IMG/VR virus record: IMGVR_UViG_2718218132_000001
Source of the DNA: a virus
Taxonomy: Duplodnaviria > Heunggongvirae > Uroviricota > Caudoviricetes
Reading direction: 5' to 3' (one strand)
Length of the DNA stretch: 36,946 nt
Positions 1 to 10,717 of the stretch are shown piece after piece. Positions within the stretch are counted from its first letter, which is position 1; the number at the start of each line of letters is the position of its first letter. Under the pieces are notes generated by a model. The model did not search any database, was not told where the DNA came from, and was given only the letters and a program-made list of their open reading frames with translations. A program made the position numbers and the translations under genes.

Positions 1-258
1 ATGCAAACCGTTATTTTTGGTCGTTCGGGTTGCCCTTACTGTGTGCGTGCAAAAGATCTGGCTGAGAAATTGAGCAATGAACGCGATGATTTTCAGTATC
101 AGTATGTAGATATTCGTGCGGAAGGGATCACTAAAGAAGATCTACAACAAAAGGCAGGTAAACCCGTAGAAACCGTGCCGCAGATTTTTGTCGATCAGCA
201 ACATATCGGCGGCTATACCGATTTTGCTGCATGGGTGAAAGAAAATCTGGACGCCTGA
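1..258 (+). CDS. grxA: Glutaredoxin 1
   Basis: 85-aa ORF with the CPYC active-site motif (GCPYCVRAK); full length matches E. coli GrxA as I recall it; sits next to ybjM and ybjL as in Escherichia. Confidence 0.9.
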   Translation: MQTVIFGRSGCPYCVRAKDLAEKLSNERDDFQYQYVDIRAEGITKEDLQQKAGKPVETVPQIFVDQQHIGGYTDFAAWVKENLDA

Positions 259-268
259 TCGTCTGACA

Positions 269-299
269 AGCCCTCGCGTTGAGGGCTTTACTGATTTTT
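269..299. terminator. Hairpin (AGCCCTC-gcgtt-GAGGGCT) followed by a T-run, between convergent grxA and ybjM; likely bidirectional intrinsic terminator
   Basis: 7-bp perfect stem at 269..287 followed by ttactgatttttt, seen directly in sequence. Confidence 0.5.
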
Positions 300-665
300 T
301 CTGTGCTGTGGTTTAAACAAACTACTGATAAATAAGAAACACAGTGCCCCCAGCGCACACCAGAACACCGCGCTTAGTAACCATGCCAGCTCTTGCCAGA
401 ATGAGCGCGTCGGTGAAAAAAACAGCCGCATAATGAGCATCGAACAGGGTGCCGCCAGCATTGCGCCAAACAGAGGTTTCAGGACTTCTCTACGCTGTGA
501 AAAGAAGCTGGCGACTGCTCCAGGAAGAATGAAAAATAGCAAGCCGATTTCAGGATGCCCGGCAGCCCGAAAAGCGCCTTTCATGTGCGTCGCCAGAAAA
601 AGGCACACCACAATGAAGAGGACAAAACAGCAGATTGCCCCCGCCCAACGTTGTTTATGTTTCAC
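288..665 (-). CDS. ybjM: Inner membrane protein YbjM
   Basis: 125-aa hydrophobic ORF between grxA and ybjL; length and synteny match E. coli ybjM. Confidence 0.8.
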   Translation of the reverse strand: MKHKQRWAGAICCFVLFIVVCLFLATHMKGAFRAAGHPEIGLLFFILPGAVASFFSQRREVLKPLFGAMLAAPCSMLIMRLFFSPTRSFWQELAWLLSAVFWCALGALCFLFISSLFKPQHRKNQ

Positions 666-934
666 TCGTTCCTCCTGACACTGCGTCTATCGAACACATT
701 TTTCGCCAGTGTGGCGTTCAGTAAGATAAAGCCGCTTCGCATTCCATGCTAATATAGGCCAACGCAATTCATATAGCCGTTGATACCTAATGTGATTACA
801 CTAGTAAAATATATTGTTACTTTACTATCGTTTAGGTGCGCTGAATGAATCTGCGCCCTGAATTCTGGTAAAAAACATTATCGTAAATTACCATTTCTTT
901 CAACAGCTTACTAGTAAACAAGAAGTTAGCCTCC

Positions 935-2620
935 GTGAATATAAACGTCGCCGAATTGTTAAATGGGAATTACATTCTGTTATTATTTGTGGTCCTCGCG
1001 CTTGGGCTATGTCTCGGAAAGTTACGACTTGGTTCGATCCAACTGGGTAATTCCATTGGCGTTTTAGTCGTATCGCTGTTATTAGGCCAACAACATTTCA
1101 GCATTAACACCGATGCGCTTAATCTTGGCTTTATGCTGTTTATTTTCTGCGTCGGGGTCGAAGCCGGACCGAACTTTTTTTCCATTTTTTTTCGCGATGG
1201 GAAAAATTACCTAATGTTAGCACTGGTGATGGTTGGCAGTGCGCTGGTGATCGCCTTAGGGTTAGGTAAGCTGTTTGGCTGGGATATTGGCCTGACGGCC
1301 GGTATGTTAGCAGGCTCTATGACGTCGACACCGGTTCTGGTCGGTGCTGGCGATACACTGCGTCATTCCGGCATGGAAAGCAGGCAGCTCTCACTGGCAC
1401 TGGATAATCTGAGCCTCGGGTATGCCTTAACCTATTTAATCGGTCTGGTGAGTTTGATTGTTGGTGCGCGTTACTTGCCGAAATTGCAGCATCAGGACTT
1501 ACAGACCAGCGCCCAGCAAATCGCCCGCGAACGTGGCCTGGACACTGATGCCAACCGTAAGGTTTATTTACCGGTGATCCGCGCCTATCGCGTCGGCCCG
1601 GAACTGGTGGCCTGGACCGACGGCAAAAATCTGCGTGAACTGGGTATTTATCGACAAACCGGCTGCTACATTGAACGTATTCGACGTAACGGGATTCTGG
1701 CAAATCCAGACGGTGATGCCGTGCTACAAATGGGCGATGAAATAGCGTTGGTAGGCTATCCCGACGCCCATGCCCGACTCGATCCCAGCTTCCGTAACGG
1801 TAAAGAAGTTTTCGATCGTGACCTTCTCGACATGCGTATCGTCACTGAAGAAGTGGTCGTTAAAAACCATAACGCTGTAGGTAAACGTCTCGCACAACTG
1901 AAGTTGACCGATCACGGTTGCTTCCTTAACCGCGTCATTCGTAGCCAGATTGAGATGCCGATAGATGACAACGTCGTGCTTAACAAAGGTGACGTTTTAC
2001 AAGTCAGCGGCGATGCCCGCCGCGTAAAAACCATCGCCGATCGCATCGGCTTTATCTCGATTCACAGCCAGGTCACTGACCTGCTGGCATTCTGCGCCTT
2101 CTTTGTTATTGGGCTGATGATCGGGATGATCACCTTCCAGTTCAGCACATTCAGTTTCGGCATGGGGAACGCTGCCGGGTTGTTATTCGCCGGAATTATG
2201 CTGGGCTTTATGCGTGCTAACCACCCGACCTTCGGTTACATTCCGCAGGGTGCATTAAGCATGGTGAAAGAGTTCGGCTTGATGGTGTTTATGGCAGGCG
2301 TTGGTCTGAGCGCCGGTAGCGGTATTAATAACGGCCTGGGCGCGATTGGCGGTCAGATGTTGATTGCCGGATTGATTGTCAGTCTGGTGCCCGTGGTTAT
2401 CTGTTTCTTGTTCGGTGCTTATGTATTGCGAATGAACCGCGCGCTGTTGTTCGGCGCAATGATGGGCGCACGTACCTGCGCGCCGGCAATGGAGATCATC
2501 AGTGATACAGCTCGCAGTAACATCCCGGCGCTGGGCTATGCGGGCACCTATGCAATCGCCAACGTCCTGCTGACGCTGGCAGGGACAATCATCGTCATGG
2601 TATGGCCAGGATTAGGATAA
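935..2620 (+). CDS. ybjL: Putative transporter YbjL (AAE family; two permease halves flanking cytoplasmic TrkA-C-like domains)
   Basis: 561-aa ORF with N- and C-terminal polytopic hydrophobic halves around a soluble central region; synteny with grxA and ybjM. Confidence 0.85.
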
Positions 2621-2732
2621 AACTGAAGTTGCCCTGAAAATGAAATTTTTTTGCACAACCGCAGAACTTTTCCGCAGGGCATCAGTCTTAATTAGTGCCA
2701 CTGCTTTTCTTTGATGTCCCCATTTTGTGGAG

Positions 2733-2776
2733 CCCATCAACCCCGCCATTTCGGTTCAAGGTTGATGGGTTTTTTG
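2733..2776 (+). terminator. 10-bp perfect-stem hairpin (CCCATCAACC...GGTTGATGGG) followed by T6; terminator-like element near the host/prophage junction
   Basis: Inverted repeat 2733..2742 / 2760..2769 with a 17-nt loop, then tttttt; the large loop is atypical, so this could instead be part of the att region. Confidence 0.4.
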
Positions 2777-2855
2777 TTGCCTGAAATTTAAGCTGTTTAA
2801 AATCATGATGTTAGAAACACTGTTTTTTAACGATGGCGACAAAATGGCGGCAGCG

Positions 2856-3074
2856 TCAAAGAGAGAGCGCCACCTGTCCTGATTTCATTGGATGCGGCTG
2901 AACCGGATTTGACTCTTTTGGCGTTGCAATCGAACGAACAAAAGTTTCATGGGTAACAAAAGTATGGCTGCAGTTAATGTTCTGGCACTGGTTGTAACGC
3001 TCTTTGGTCAATGAAGATACCTGAAAACTGCTGCGAGTATGGGCGGCACTTCCACACAGTGGGCAAATCATCAT
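2856..3074 (-). CDS. ogr: Ogr/Delta-family zinc-finger late transcription activator
   Basis: CPLCGSAAH...CQNINCSHTF Cys4 zinc-finger pattern as in P2 Ogr; start placed at an internal Met to give 72 aa; position beside gpD at the prophage end. Confidence 0.8.
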   Translation of the reverse strand: MMICPLCGSAAHTRSSFQVSSLTKERYNQCQNINCSHTFVTHETFVRSIATPKESNPVQPHPMKSGQVALSL

Positions 3075-3164
3075 TTTTCGAGCTCTCCCAATTTTTGCTA
3101 AATTCACAATAATGATACCGCATTATTCCATTTTGCAAACTTAAAAGTTCTCCATTGCGAAGAA

Positions 3165-4265
3165 TCATTCCATTTCGAAATCATCAATCCTCACTTCAAG
3201 CTCCAGACTGGTCGTAAAACCATTATCCGGGCTGACAGTATGTGTCAGAGTCGTAATGGTCCATTCCGCATCATCTATCGGCTGTTTAAAACCACTGACC
3301 TTCACAGGCATTTCCGTGTAGAGATCTGCCCGCCCTTCTGCCAGTTGTAGCGAAAATGACGCAACGCCGCGTTGCAGGCGTTCCCACTGCATTTTCGCCG
3401 CTCGTTCGGCGTTGCTCCGGTTGGCATAAGTGCGATTAAGTACCAGCACGTTTTCATCCGTACCCACCAGGTAATCGCCCTGCTTCGCTTCTGGCTCTTT
3501 CTTCTGCTTCTTAGTTCTGCGCTTACGCTTCACCGTGGTGCTTTCTTTCTTCGCAGGTTCGCGGGTATGCAACCAGCTGGCAATTACGCCCGTGTAGGCT
3601 CCGCGATCTGCCAGGGTAAATCGGTGACTGTCGCCGTCCTTGCGTGTGATAGTGATCACTGGCAGAGGTTTACCAGTGGCGCTTTTGCCCTGCCCCTGCC
3701 GGATGAATAACAGATTGCCATTTTTCACCGACGCGATGGCACCGTACTGTCGCGCCAGCCGCATCAGAAAACTGCCGTCACTCTCATTAGTCTGGTCTAT
3801 ATGCTCCACGGGCTTATCCGACAGGTCTTTACCCAGTGCCATCTTCAGCTTGTGCCGCGCGGCTATTTCCTTCACCACTTCCCCGACGGTGGTCTTATGC
3901 CACGATTTTTCACGGCGGGTATTCAGCGTTTCCCGAAAATCAGCACTTCGCGCCCGGATAGTCAGGCGGTCCGGTGCGCCAGTGTGTTCAATCTCGTCCA
4001 CTGTGAATGCCCCTTTCGGGAAAAGCGGCTGCCCCTTCCAGCCCAGCGCCAGCGTAATAACCGCACCACGGCGCGGCAGCACGATTTTTCCGTCAGCGTC
4101 ATCCAGCTCCAGATCAAGCTGGTCCGCTTCAAAGCCCCGGTTATCCGTCAGCGTCAAACTCATCAGGCGGTTATCCAGCACAGTGGTGATATCCCTGCCC
4201 TCAATACTGATGCTGAATGCGGGAGTTTTGTTGCCTTTGTTAAGCAGTTCAGAGCTGAAATTCAC
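3165..4265 (-). CDS. D: Tail protein D (gpD)
   Basis: 366-aa ORF between ogr and gpU; sequence family and position match P2 gpD. Confidence 0.85.
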   Translation of the reverse strand: MNFSSELLNKGNKTPAFSISIEGRDITTVLDNRLMSLTLTDNRGFEADQLDLELDDADGKIVLPRRGAVITLALGWKGQPLFPKGAFTVDEIEHTGAPDRLTIRARSADFRETLNTRREKSWHKTTVGEVVKEIAARHKLKMALGKDLSDKPVEHIDQTNESDGSFLMRLARQYGAIASVKNGNLLFIRQGQGKSATGKPLPVITITRKDGDSHRFTLADRGAYTGVIASWLHTREPAKKESTTVKRKRRTKKQKKEPEAKQGDYLVGTDENVLVLNRTYANRSNAERAAKMQWERLQRGVASFSLQLAEGRADLYTEMPVKVSGFKQPIDDAEWTITTLTHTVSPDNGFTTSLELEVRIDDFEME

Positions 4266-4747
4266 GACAGCAGCCCTCCCACCGTTTTACTGATATCGCT
4301 TAAGGCAGACGTTGCCGTGTCCTGCAGATTATTCAGTTGCGCACTGAGATCACCGAACATATCGGACAGGGATTCATCCACTCGTTTGAGCGACAGGGTG
4401 AACTCAATCCGGCGCGGCATACCGTCGCGGAAAAACTCCGTTTTAGTCTGATTCAGTCCCTCAATCACATACATGCCGTAAATCGTGCCGCTGCCTTCAA
4501 TCAGGGGCCATGCTTTCCCCTGTTCTGCCATCTGCTCCAGTGCCAGCAACGACAGCCTGCCGCCTGTTATTTCCGGCATAAGAACACCGGAAAGCGTCAG
4601 CATGTCGTTTTCCGGTCCCAGAAACTGCGTGGACGGACGTCGGTTTACCCGACTGTTTGCCGCATGTCGCCAGCTGCGTTGATACTGCAGTTCCTGATAC
4701 GGAACGGTGCGCAGCATAAACACGTACAATCCCAGCACCATCATCAT
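4262..4747 (-). CDS. U: Tail protein U (gpU)
   Basis: 161-aa ORF overlapping the D start and T stop; P2 gpU-like size and synteny. Confidence 0.8.
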   Translation of the reverse strand: MMMVLGLYVFMLRTVPYQELQYQRSWRHAANSRVNRRPSTQFLGPENDMLTLSGVLMPEITGGRLSLLALEQMAEQGKAWPLIEGSGTIYGMYVIEGLNQTKTEFFRDGMPRRIEFTLSLKRVDESLSDMFGDLSAQLNNLQDTATSALSDISKTVGGLLS

Positions 4748-7700
4748 GCGTCGTATCCCCCCTGATCGCTGTAGTTACTCCTGGCTTTTGCCTTCAGCCT
4801 GCGTTCACGTTCATCAAGCTGGCGTGCCACCTCCCGCGCAATATCCTGCGCACTTTGTCCTGGCTGCGTCTGAATGATGATCTGCGTCGGTGCCTCAATC
4901 CGTTGAACGAGCGGCACAGTGGCTGCGCGACTCACAATTGCTTCTCCACCTTTCGCGGGAAGTGCCAAAGGGTGCAACGGTGGAAGCTCTGCTGGCGCGG
5001 CAGCAACGCCCATCATTCCGGCAACAACGGCAGCCAGTGCAGCTGTATTTCTCCGGCTGGTCACATTTGCCGGGCCGTTAACAATTTCCGGCCCGTTTTC
5101 ACCGACGATGCCAAACTGCCCGCGCGGGATATACCCGCCGCTGTCATACATCCCCGCAAAGCCATATCCCCATGATGGAAAACCACCCGATGGCATCATC
5201 ACTTTACCGTCTGCATTCACCGTCGCAGGTTGCTGACGCGTCACGCTTTCCGGCAGTTTTGCCTTTGCGGCCTCTTTACTGACAATGCCGAGCTTCTCCA
5301 GCAACCAGGAAACGCCGGATTTCAGGGAGTCCAGCGGATGCATGACCATATTCAGCCCTTCCGCCAGTGCCTCCCCGAATCGCCGCCCCATTGCCGCTGC
5401 GCTCTGCAGTTCGGCAGAGGTCGACTTAACGGGCGTCAGCAGATCAGTAAACCAGCCCCACAGCGCCTGCACTTTGTCGCCAATCCACTGGAACACGGGC
5501 TTAAGCGGTTCGAACGCTGCACTGATGGGACCTGCCGCCGCTTTGAATCCTTCCACCACGCCACCGAGAAATGCGGTGATGGGTTGCCAGTATTTCCAGA
5601 CAACCAGCGCCACGCCCGCCAGTGCAGTAACCACAAGACCTATCGGACTGAGCAGAGCACCTAACAGACCAGATATGGCATACAGGGCAACGCGCAGCAT
5701 CGCCAGTGGACCAGATGCCAGTACTCGCAGCACCGTGCCTGCGGCGGCCAGTCCACCGCGCAGTACCGCCAGAGGATTCATAAACATCACAGCAACAGCA
5801 CGTAAACCGGATAATCCAGACCGCAAAAGTGCAACCGGCGCACCTGCTACAGTTTTCAGGACATTTCCCGTCAGTGATGCCGTGCGGCGCAAAGACGACA
5901 ACGGCGCAGTAAGTAAACCTGCGGCGTTGCCCGATGAAGCAAGCCCGCGTCGCAGCAGTGCCAGTGGTGCGCCAGCCAGCCAGGACAACGCGCTGCTGGT
6001 TCGAGTTACTGCTGCCGTAACGGAAGATAACGTTTTGATACCCAACACAGAGAATCCCAGACGGATCACTGCCAGCGGCCCCAGCACTGCAGCCAGCGCC
6101 ACCGCTAAGGTGCCGAGGCCGACGGTAACCGCAGCCACAACAGCCGATGCTTTCATCAGTGTGCCTGTCAGTTCCGGGTTAGCTTCCCCCCAGCGACGCA
6201 ACGCCCCCGTGACGCTTTTCACCGTGTACAGAATATCCATCAGCGGCTGGCGCAGCGTTTCGCCCAGGCTGCTGAAGGTGTTCTGCGCTCCGGTTTTGAC
6301 CAGCAACCACTGCGCAGAAATTGAATCCTTGTTAATGTCGGATTCTTTCTGCATGGAGCCGAGCGCATCATTGCCCGCTGTCAGTTTTAACTGACGCTGC
6401 AGTTCCGGCAGGTTGTTTGCCAGTTTCGCCGCGTCATCGCCAAACTCTTTACCAAACAACATAGTCATGGCAGACAGGCGCTTGTCCTGCGGCAGCGCGT
6501 TTACCTTCTCCAGCACGCGCTGGATGGTTCCCATCGCATCCTTCGTCATCTGCTTTTCAATCACTTCAGGATTGAGTTTCAGCAGATTCATCCCTTCAAA
6601 GAAACTCTTGCTTTGCATGGTGGCAATGGACAATTCACGCACCATCGCGTTTGCTGCACTGGCTGCAACCTCCGGCGCAGCGCCCAGTGTCAGGAAGGTG
6701 GAACCCAGCGCCGCCGCTTTACGATAATCCAGACGGTCAGCCACACCGCCCAGACGTTGCATCACATCAATGATGTCTGCCCCTTTCGACATGGCGTTAT
6801 CATCCAGATAGTTCAGCGCATCACCGAGCTGTTCAATATTGCGGGTGGGGATTTTGTAGAGCTGGGCGATTTTCCCCAGACTTTCTGACAGTTCATCCGC
6901 TGGCAGCTCAAAGGCTGTTGCCGCCTTTGCTGCCGTACTGGCGAAGGCCAGCAGGTCACGTTTCTGATCTTCCCAGCTGTCGTCAGGGTTTGCGACGTTC
7001 ATGCGCGCACCACCTTCAACCAGTGCAGCGAAGTCCACCGCACCGTTTTCCATCGGCAACTGTTCGCTGGCAGCCTTGATGGCATCCTGCATTTCATAAA
7101 AACGTGCAGTGCGGTTGCCATTATCGTCACGCAGACCATTGACCTGCTTTGCCACACCTTTCATGGCATCTTCCATGCTGGTATAGCTTTTTACTGCCGC
7201 CATCACTGGTGTCCCCATTGCCAGCCCTGCAGCCGTGGTGGTGGCTCCGGCTCCTGCAATACGATCACGCACCTCCAGCGAACGGGCATAACTGGCACGC
7301 GCCGCATTCATCCTGCGCTGAGCTTCCCCCAGTCGCTTCAGCCGCGTCTCCTGTTTCGAAAGCTCCTGGTTATAACGTGATGTTTCACGGGCTAAACGGG
7401 CAGTTGCTCCCGCATCGTCTTTCGCAGAAATTCCCGCCCGGTACAGTTCAGCACGCACAAGCGCCGTCTGCTGCTGCAGCTTTTTCTGGCGTTCTTCCAG
7501 GCGCTGAACAGCCAGCCGTTGACGACCCAGAGCAACAACCTGACGTTGCGAAGGCGGCCCCATCGCTCCCAGTTCCTGACTGAGCAAATTTGCACGCTGG
7601 CGGGCATAGTTCAGCCTGTCGCCTAATTTCTGATTTTCTGCCTGCAGCTTTCGGAAGCTGTCCAGACTGCTCCCGGCCTGATCAAGCTGCTTTATTGCAT

Positions 7701-7821
7701 CGCGGGATTTTTTGACAGCAGCAGCCAGTTCTCTTGAACTGGCCTGCGCAGATCGAAATGGGCGGGTGAGCTTGTCAACCGCATTAAGAATGACCTGCAG
7801 ACGCAGGTTGTTATCACTCAT
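4744..7821 (-). CDS. T: Tail tape-measure protein (gpT)
   Basis: 1025-aa ORF with an N-terminal coiled-coil region and a C-terminal hydrophobic Gly/Ala-rich region; lies immediately downstream of E/E'. Confidence 0.85.
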   Translation of the reverse strand: MSDNNLRLQVILNAVDKLTRPFRSAQASSRELAAAVKKSRDAIKQLDQAGSSLDSFRKLQAENQKLGDRLNYARQRANLLSQELGAMGPPSQRQVVALGRQRLAVQRLEERQKKLQQQTALVRAELYRAGISAKDDAGATARLARETSRYNQELSKQETRLKRLGEAQRRMNAARASYARSLEVRDRIAGAGATTTAAGLAMGTPVMAAVKSYTSMEDAMKGVAKQVNGLRDDNGNRTARFYEMQDAIKAASEQLPMENGAVDFAALVEGGARMNVANPDDSWEDQKRDLLAFASTAAKAATAFELPADELSESLGKIAQLYKIPTRNIEQLGDALNYLDDNAMSKGADIIDVMQRLGGVADRLDYRKAAALGSTFLTLGAAPEVAASAANAMVRELSIATMQSKSFFEGMNLLKLNPEVIEKQMTKDAMGTIQRVLEKVNALPQDKRLSAMTMLFGKEFGDDAAKLANNLPELQRQLKLTAGNDALGSMQKESDINKDSISAQWLLVKTGAQNTFSSLGETLRQPLMDILYTVKSVTGALRRWGEANPELTGTLMKASAVVAAVTVGLGTLAVALAAVLGPLAVIRLGFSVLGIKTLSSVTAAVTRTSSALSWLAGAPLALLRRGLASSGNAAGLLTAPLSSLRRTASLTGNVLKTVAGAPVALLRSGLSGLRAVAVMFMNPLAVLRGGLAAAGTVLRVLASGPLAMLRVALYAISGLLGALLSPIGLVVTALAGVALVVWKYWQPITAFLGGVVEGFKAAAGPISAAFEPLKPVFQWIGDKVQALWGWFTDLLTPVKSTSAELQSAAAMGRRFGEALAEGLNMVMHPLDSLKSGVSWLLEKLGIVSKEAAKAKLPESVTRQQPATVNADGKVMMPSGGFPSWGYGFAGMYDSGGYIPRGQFGIVGENGPEIVNGPANVTSRRNTAALAAVVAGMMGVAAAPAELPPLHPLALPAKGGEAIVSRAATVPLVQRIEAPTQIIIQTQPGQSAQDIAREVARQLDERERRLKAKARSNYSDQGGYDA

Positions 7822-8250
7822 CGTTGGCCCCGCTTCTCTGAATCGCTTTATACCGCCATTCCAGCACTTCGGTCAGCGGCATAACGTCAGTAACGGATGG
7901 CGGCCAGTGAAAAATGGTGGCGATATCTGCCACCAGATCGTCAACCGTCAGGCTGTCGGTAAACCGGCAAGCACCGACTTCTTCAACAAAAAAGTGACAA
8001 CCTCAACCGACATGGCAGTGAGATCTGCCGGGTCCATCTCTGCAATTTCCTGTGCGGTCAGTGCCGGGCTGGAGATGCGGGGGATCACGGTCATCATCGC
8101 GTTCACATCCATATCCATAATGGCCTGCAGGCGTGTACCGCGCAGCGCACCGGACTGCGGTTTACGCAGCACAATTTCGGTGATTTCAGTTTTACCACGC
8201 TTGATGGGGGTATCCAGTTGAATGGTCTTTTCAGTCTGCTTATCGCTCAT
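7814..8250 (-). CDS. E+E': gpE+E' tail chaperone produced by programmed -1 frameshift at the T6G slippery site (7987..7993)
   Basis: Hand translation of the -1 frame after the slippery site is open for 59 codons (FFVEEVGACRF...RSGANDE) and stops at TGA 7814..7816, overlapping the T start codon. Confidence 0.7.
7948..8250 (-). CDS. E: Tail assembly chaperone gpE
   Basis: 100-aa ORF upstream of T; a TTTTTTG slippery heptamer lies near its 3' end. Confidence 0.8.
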   Translation of the reverse strand: MSDKQTEKTIQLDTPIKRGKTEITEIVLRKPQSGALRGTRLQAIMDMDVNAMMTVIPRISSPALTAQEIAEMDPADLTAMSVEVVTFLLKKSVLAGLPTA

Positions 8251-8304
8251 TTTGCTGTCCTGTAAATTGTGTCCTGGCGCGGCATTCCGCGCCGTTCAGA
8301 TACA

Positions 8305-8820
8305 TCAGAGGCCGAGGGCGTTGCGGTGCGCTTCCATCAGGTCCACACCGTCCACAATTTCCACCATGTTGATAAGGTCCACTTCATAGAGCACCTCACC
8401 ATTGATGGTCAGCTTCGCGTAGCTGTTGGTACTGGTCACTTTGGTGGTGTTGCTTTCGCCCGTCTTCCACTCGCCGGAATCCACTTCTTTGTGACGCCCA
8501 CGCACGACAAGCTCCACGGCCTGCACTTCCCCGGTATCGTCACGCTGGATAGAGCCGGTAAAGCGCAGCTGGATGCCATCCACCGTGGATTTGCCCATCT
8601 GCTTAAACAGCAGCAGTTCAGTACCACCAATGGAAAATTCTGTGTCCAGCGCACTGTCATCAAGCCCCAGATCCACATCCACCGCACCCGGCATTCCGCC
8701 GCCGCGATACTTCTCATATTTGCGGGTAAATTTCGGCAGAGTCAGCGACTCAACGATCCCCTGCCAGTTGTTCCCGTCGTTAAACAGGTTCAGGTGTTTT
8801 AATTTGCGTGGTAAAGCCAT
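8305..8820 (-). CDS. FII: Major tail tube protein (gpFII)
   Basis: 171-aa ORF directly downstream of the tail sheath gene; P2 FII-like size and order. Confidence 0.85.
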   Translation of the reverse strand: MALPRKLKHLNLFNDGNNWQGIVESLTLPKFTRKYEKYRGGGMPGAVDVDLGLDDSALDTEFSIGGTELLLFKQMGKSTVDGIQLRFTGSIQRDDTGEVQAVELVVRGRHKEVDSGEWKTGESNTTKVTSTNSYAKLTINGEVLYEVDLINMVEIVDGVDLMEAHRNALGL

Positions 8821-8829
8821 GTTGTCCCC

Positions 8830-10002
8830 TTACGCGCTGACCTGGCTGGCGAAATTCACCAGGTACTGATCGGTGATGCGCTGACGCAGCATCAGGTTTT
8901 CAAGTGGCGGCACTGGCGTGTAGTCGTAGTCGATGGTGAGTTTTCCGGCTTTCAGCGTGTCTTTGTCGTTCACCGACTCATCCAGCCAGCAATCACCACC
9001 AATGAGATAGCCCTGACTGACCAGGCTGCGCATTTTGGCGCGGATACCTTCGATAATGTCGCGGGCCAGCGACGGGTTAAGCGGTTTATCCACCGCCCAC
9101 ATGTGTGCTTCTGCCATCGTGTCCATCAGCACCTGCGCCGTGCGGGTGTAGTTTTCGAAGGCAAAGAGCGGGTCATCACTCAGGCAGCGGGAACCCCAGA
9201 AGCGGAAACCGTCTTTACGCACAAGCGTGGTGACGTCGTTCTGGTTCAGCAGACCTGCATCGGTTGCCGGGTCCTGCAGATCCCAGAACACATCTGCAGA
9301 AATTCCGGTGACACCGTTCACGCCCACGTTGGACAGGCTTTTGTGCCATCCGGTCTGCTCGTCAATTTTGGCGCGCAGACCAAGCGCACGGGCGGTGGCA
9401 TATGCCGTTGCTTCGGCATTCAGCACCGTGTCCCAGCCAGTAAAGTCAGGCCAGATCAGCATCCCTTCGCGCTGGCTGAAGTTTTCGCGGTAAGTGATCG
9501 CCTCCTGCACTGTCTTGCAGCCATACGCTGACAGGTAAGCAAATCCACGCAGGCTTTGCGCCACGCTCAGCAACTCAGTAGCTACCGCCTTGGTGTCGTG
9601 GCCTGGCACGCCGAGAATGCGCGGTTTAACGCCGAGCTGTGACTGGGCAGATAACAGGGCTTTCATACCTGTTTTTTTACCTTCAGCAGTCACTGCGCCG
9701 ATGATATTGGTCGTGGTTTCGTCTTCCGTTTCACCCTGCGGCACACGCACAACAATGGTCACGGGTTTTGCCTGGTCAGCGATGGCATCCAGCGAACGGG
9801 CCAGAGTACCGGACTCACCCGCTTTACCGCTGGCAGTCAGCACATCAGTGATCAGCACGGGTTTATTAAGAGGAAACATTTTTGCATCGGCATCATCGCC
9901 CGTGCAGACCATACCCACGATGGCGGTGCTCACCGTGGTAATAGATCGGGTGCCTTCGTTGACTTCAACAACGCGCACCCCGTGGTGGTAATCCTGAGCC
10001 AT
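8830..10002 (-). CDS. FI: Tail sheath protein (gpFI)
   Basis: 390-aa ORF, contractile tail sheath family, preceded by a TGT-N12-ACA late-promoter motif. Confidence 0.9.
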   Translation of the reverse strand: MAQDYHHGVRVVEVNEGTRSITTVSTAIVGMVCTGDDADAKMFPLNKPVLITDVLTASGKAGESGTLARSLDAIADQAKPVTIVVRVPQGETEDETTTNIIGAVTAEGKKTGMKALLSAQSQLGVKPRILGVPGHDTKAVATELLSVAQSLRGFAYLSAYGCKTVQEAITYRENFSQREGMLIWPDFTGWDTVLNAEATAYATARALGLRAKIDEQTGWHKSLSNVGVNGVTGISADVFWDLQDPATDAGLLNQNDVTTLVRKDGFRFWGSRCLSDDPLFAFENYTRTAQVLMDTMAEAHMWAVDKPLNPSLARDIIEGIRAKMRSLVSQGYLIGGDCWLDESVNDKDTLKAGKLTIDYDYTPVPPLENLMLRQRITDQYLVNFASQVSA

Positions 10003-10078
10003 AGTGGCGAACCTCCTGATTGGATTAGGCTTCGCCCTATGTTGAAGTGATTGTGTCCGACAAACAGCTAAGCGCAGT

Positions 10079-10096
10079 TGTACCGTTATTCACACA
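10079..10096 (-). promoter_or_regulatory. Ogr-dependent late promoter element (TGT-N12-ACA) upstream of FI (P_F-like)
   Basis: TGTACCGTTATTCACACA lies about 85 nt upstream of the FI start codon; motif known from P2 late promoters. Confidence 0.5.
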
Positions 10097-10144
10097 AAAT
10101 GACGGTATTTGTCCGCTTGCAGGAATAATCAAAATAATGCTGAT

Positions 10145-10717
10145 TCAGGGAGATTCATTGCTCTTATTTACCGGAAATTTTCTATAAATTGTGGAAACAC
10201 CTACATCAAAAATCAGTGCAATACGCTGTCTTGATTCTCCGGCCTCGAGTAAACGTCCAATCTGTGCCCACTGTTCGGTGGTCAACTTAGGACGGCGTCC
10301 ACCTACTCTGCCTTTGGCGCGAGCTGCAGCAAGCCCCGCCCTGGTACGTTCAACTATTAGTTCGCGCTCCATTTCAGCCAGGGCCCCCATGACATGAAAA
10401 AAGAAACAGCCCATTGGGGTACTGGTATCAATACTGTCAGTCAGGCTTCGGAAATTCACGCCACGCTGGCGCAGCTCTTCTATCAGCGTAACGAGATGCC
10501 GCATACTGCGCCCCAACCTGTCCAGCTTCCAGACAACCAGCGTGTCTCCTGCCGATAGTGTCCTGAGTAGTTTTTTCAGTCCCGGTCTGTCGGACTTAGT
10601 GCCACTGATTTTGTCCTCAAATATCCGCTCACATCCCGCGCAGTTCAGTGCATTACGTTGCAAATCGGTGTTCTGGTCATTTGTTGACACGCGTACATAG
10701 CCAATAAGCATGAGCAT
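10145..10717 (-). CDS. Serine DNA invertase, Hin/Gin/Pin/Cin family
   Basis: 190-aa product beginning MLMLIGYVRVSTNDQ with catalytic Ser in the YVRVST motif and a C-terminal HTH; start placed at an internal Met of the longer ORF. Confidence 0.9.
   Translation of the reverse strand: MLMLIGYVRVSTNDQNTDLQRNALNCAGCERIFEDKISGTKSDRPGLKKLLRTLSAGDTLVVWKLDRLGRSMRHLVTLIEELRQRGVNFRSLTDSIDTSTPMGCFFFHVMGALAEMERELIVERTRAGLAAARAKGRVGGRRPKLTTEQWAQIGRLLEAGESRQRIALIFDVGVSTIYRKFPVNKSNESP

Noticed and set aside
2974-3168. 64-aa minus-strand ORF overlapping ogr
   Set aside because: Out-of-frame overlap with the well-supported ogr gene; no independent support.
3372-4451. Several 100-217-aa plus-strand ORFs
   Set aside because: Antisense to gpD and gpU; no RBS or start context; shadow ORFs.
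5285-6394. 369-aa ORF on the plus strand, with other long plus-strand ORFs across 4855..7583
   Set aside because: They lie antisense to the tape-measure gene T in GC-rich sequence and have low-complexity Ala/Ser/Pro/Thr-rich translations; typical shadow ORFs.
8269-8802. 177-aa plus-strand ORF
   Set aside because: Antisense to the tail tube gene FII.
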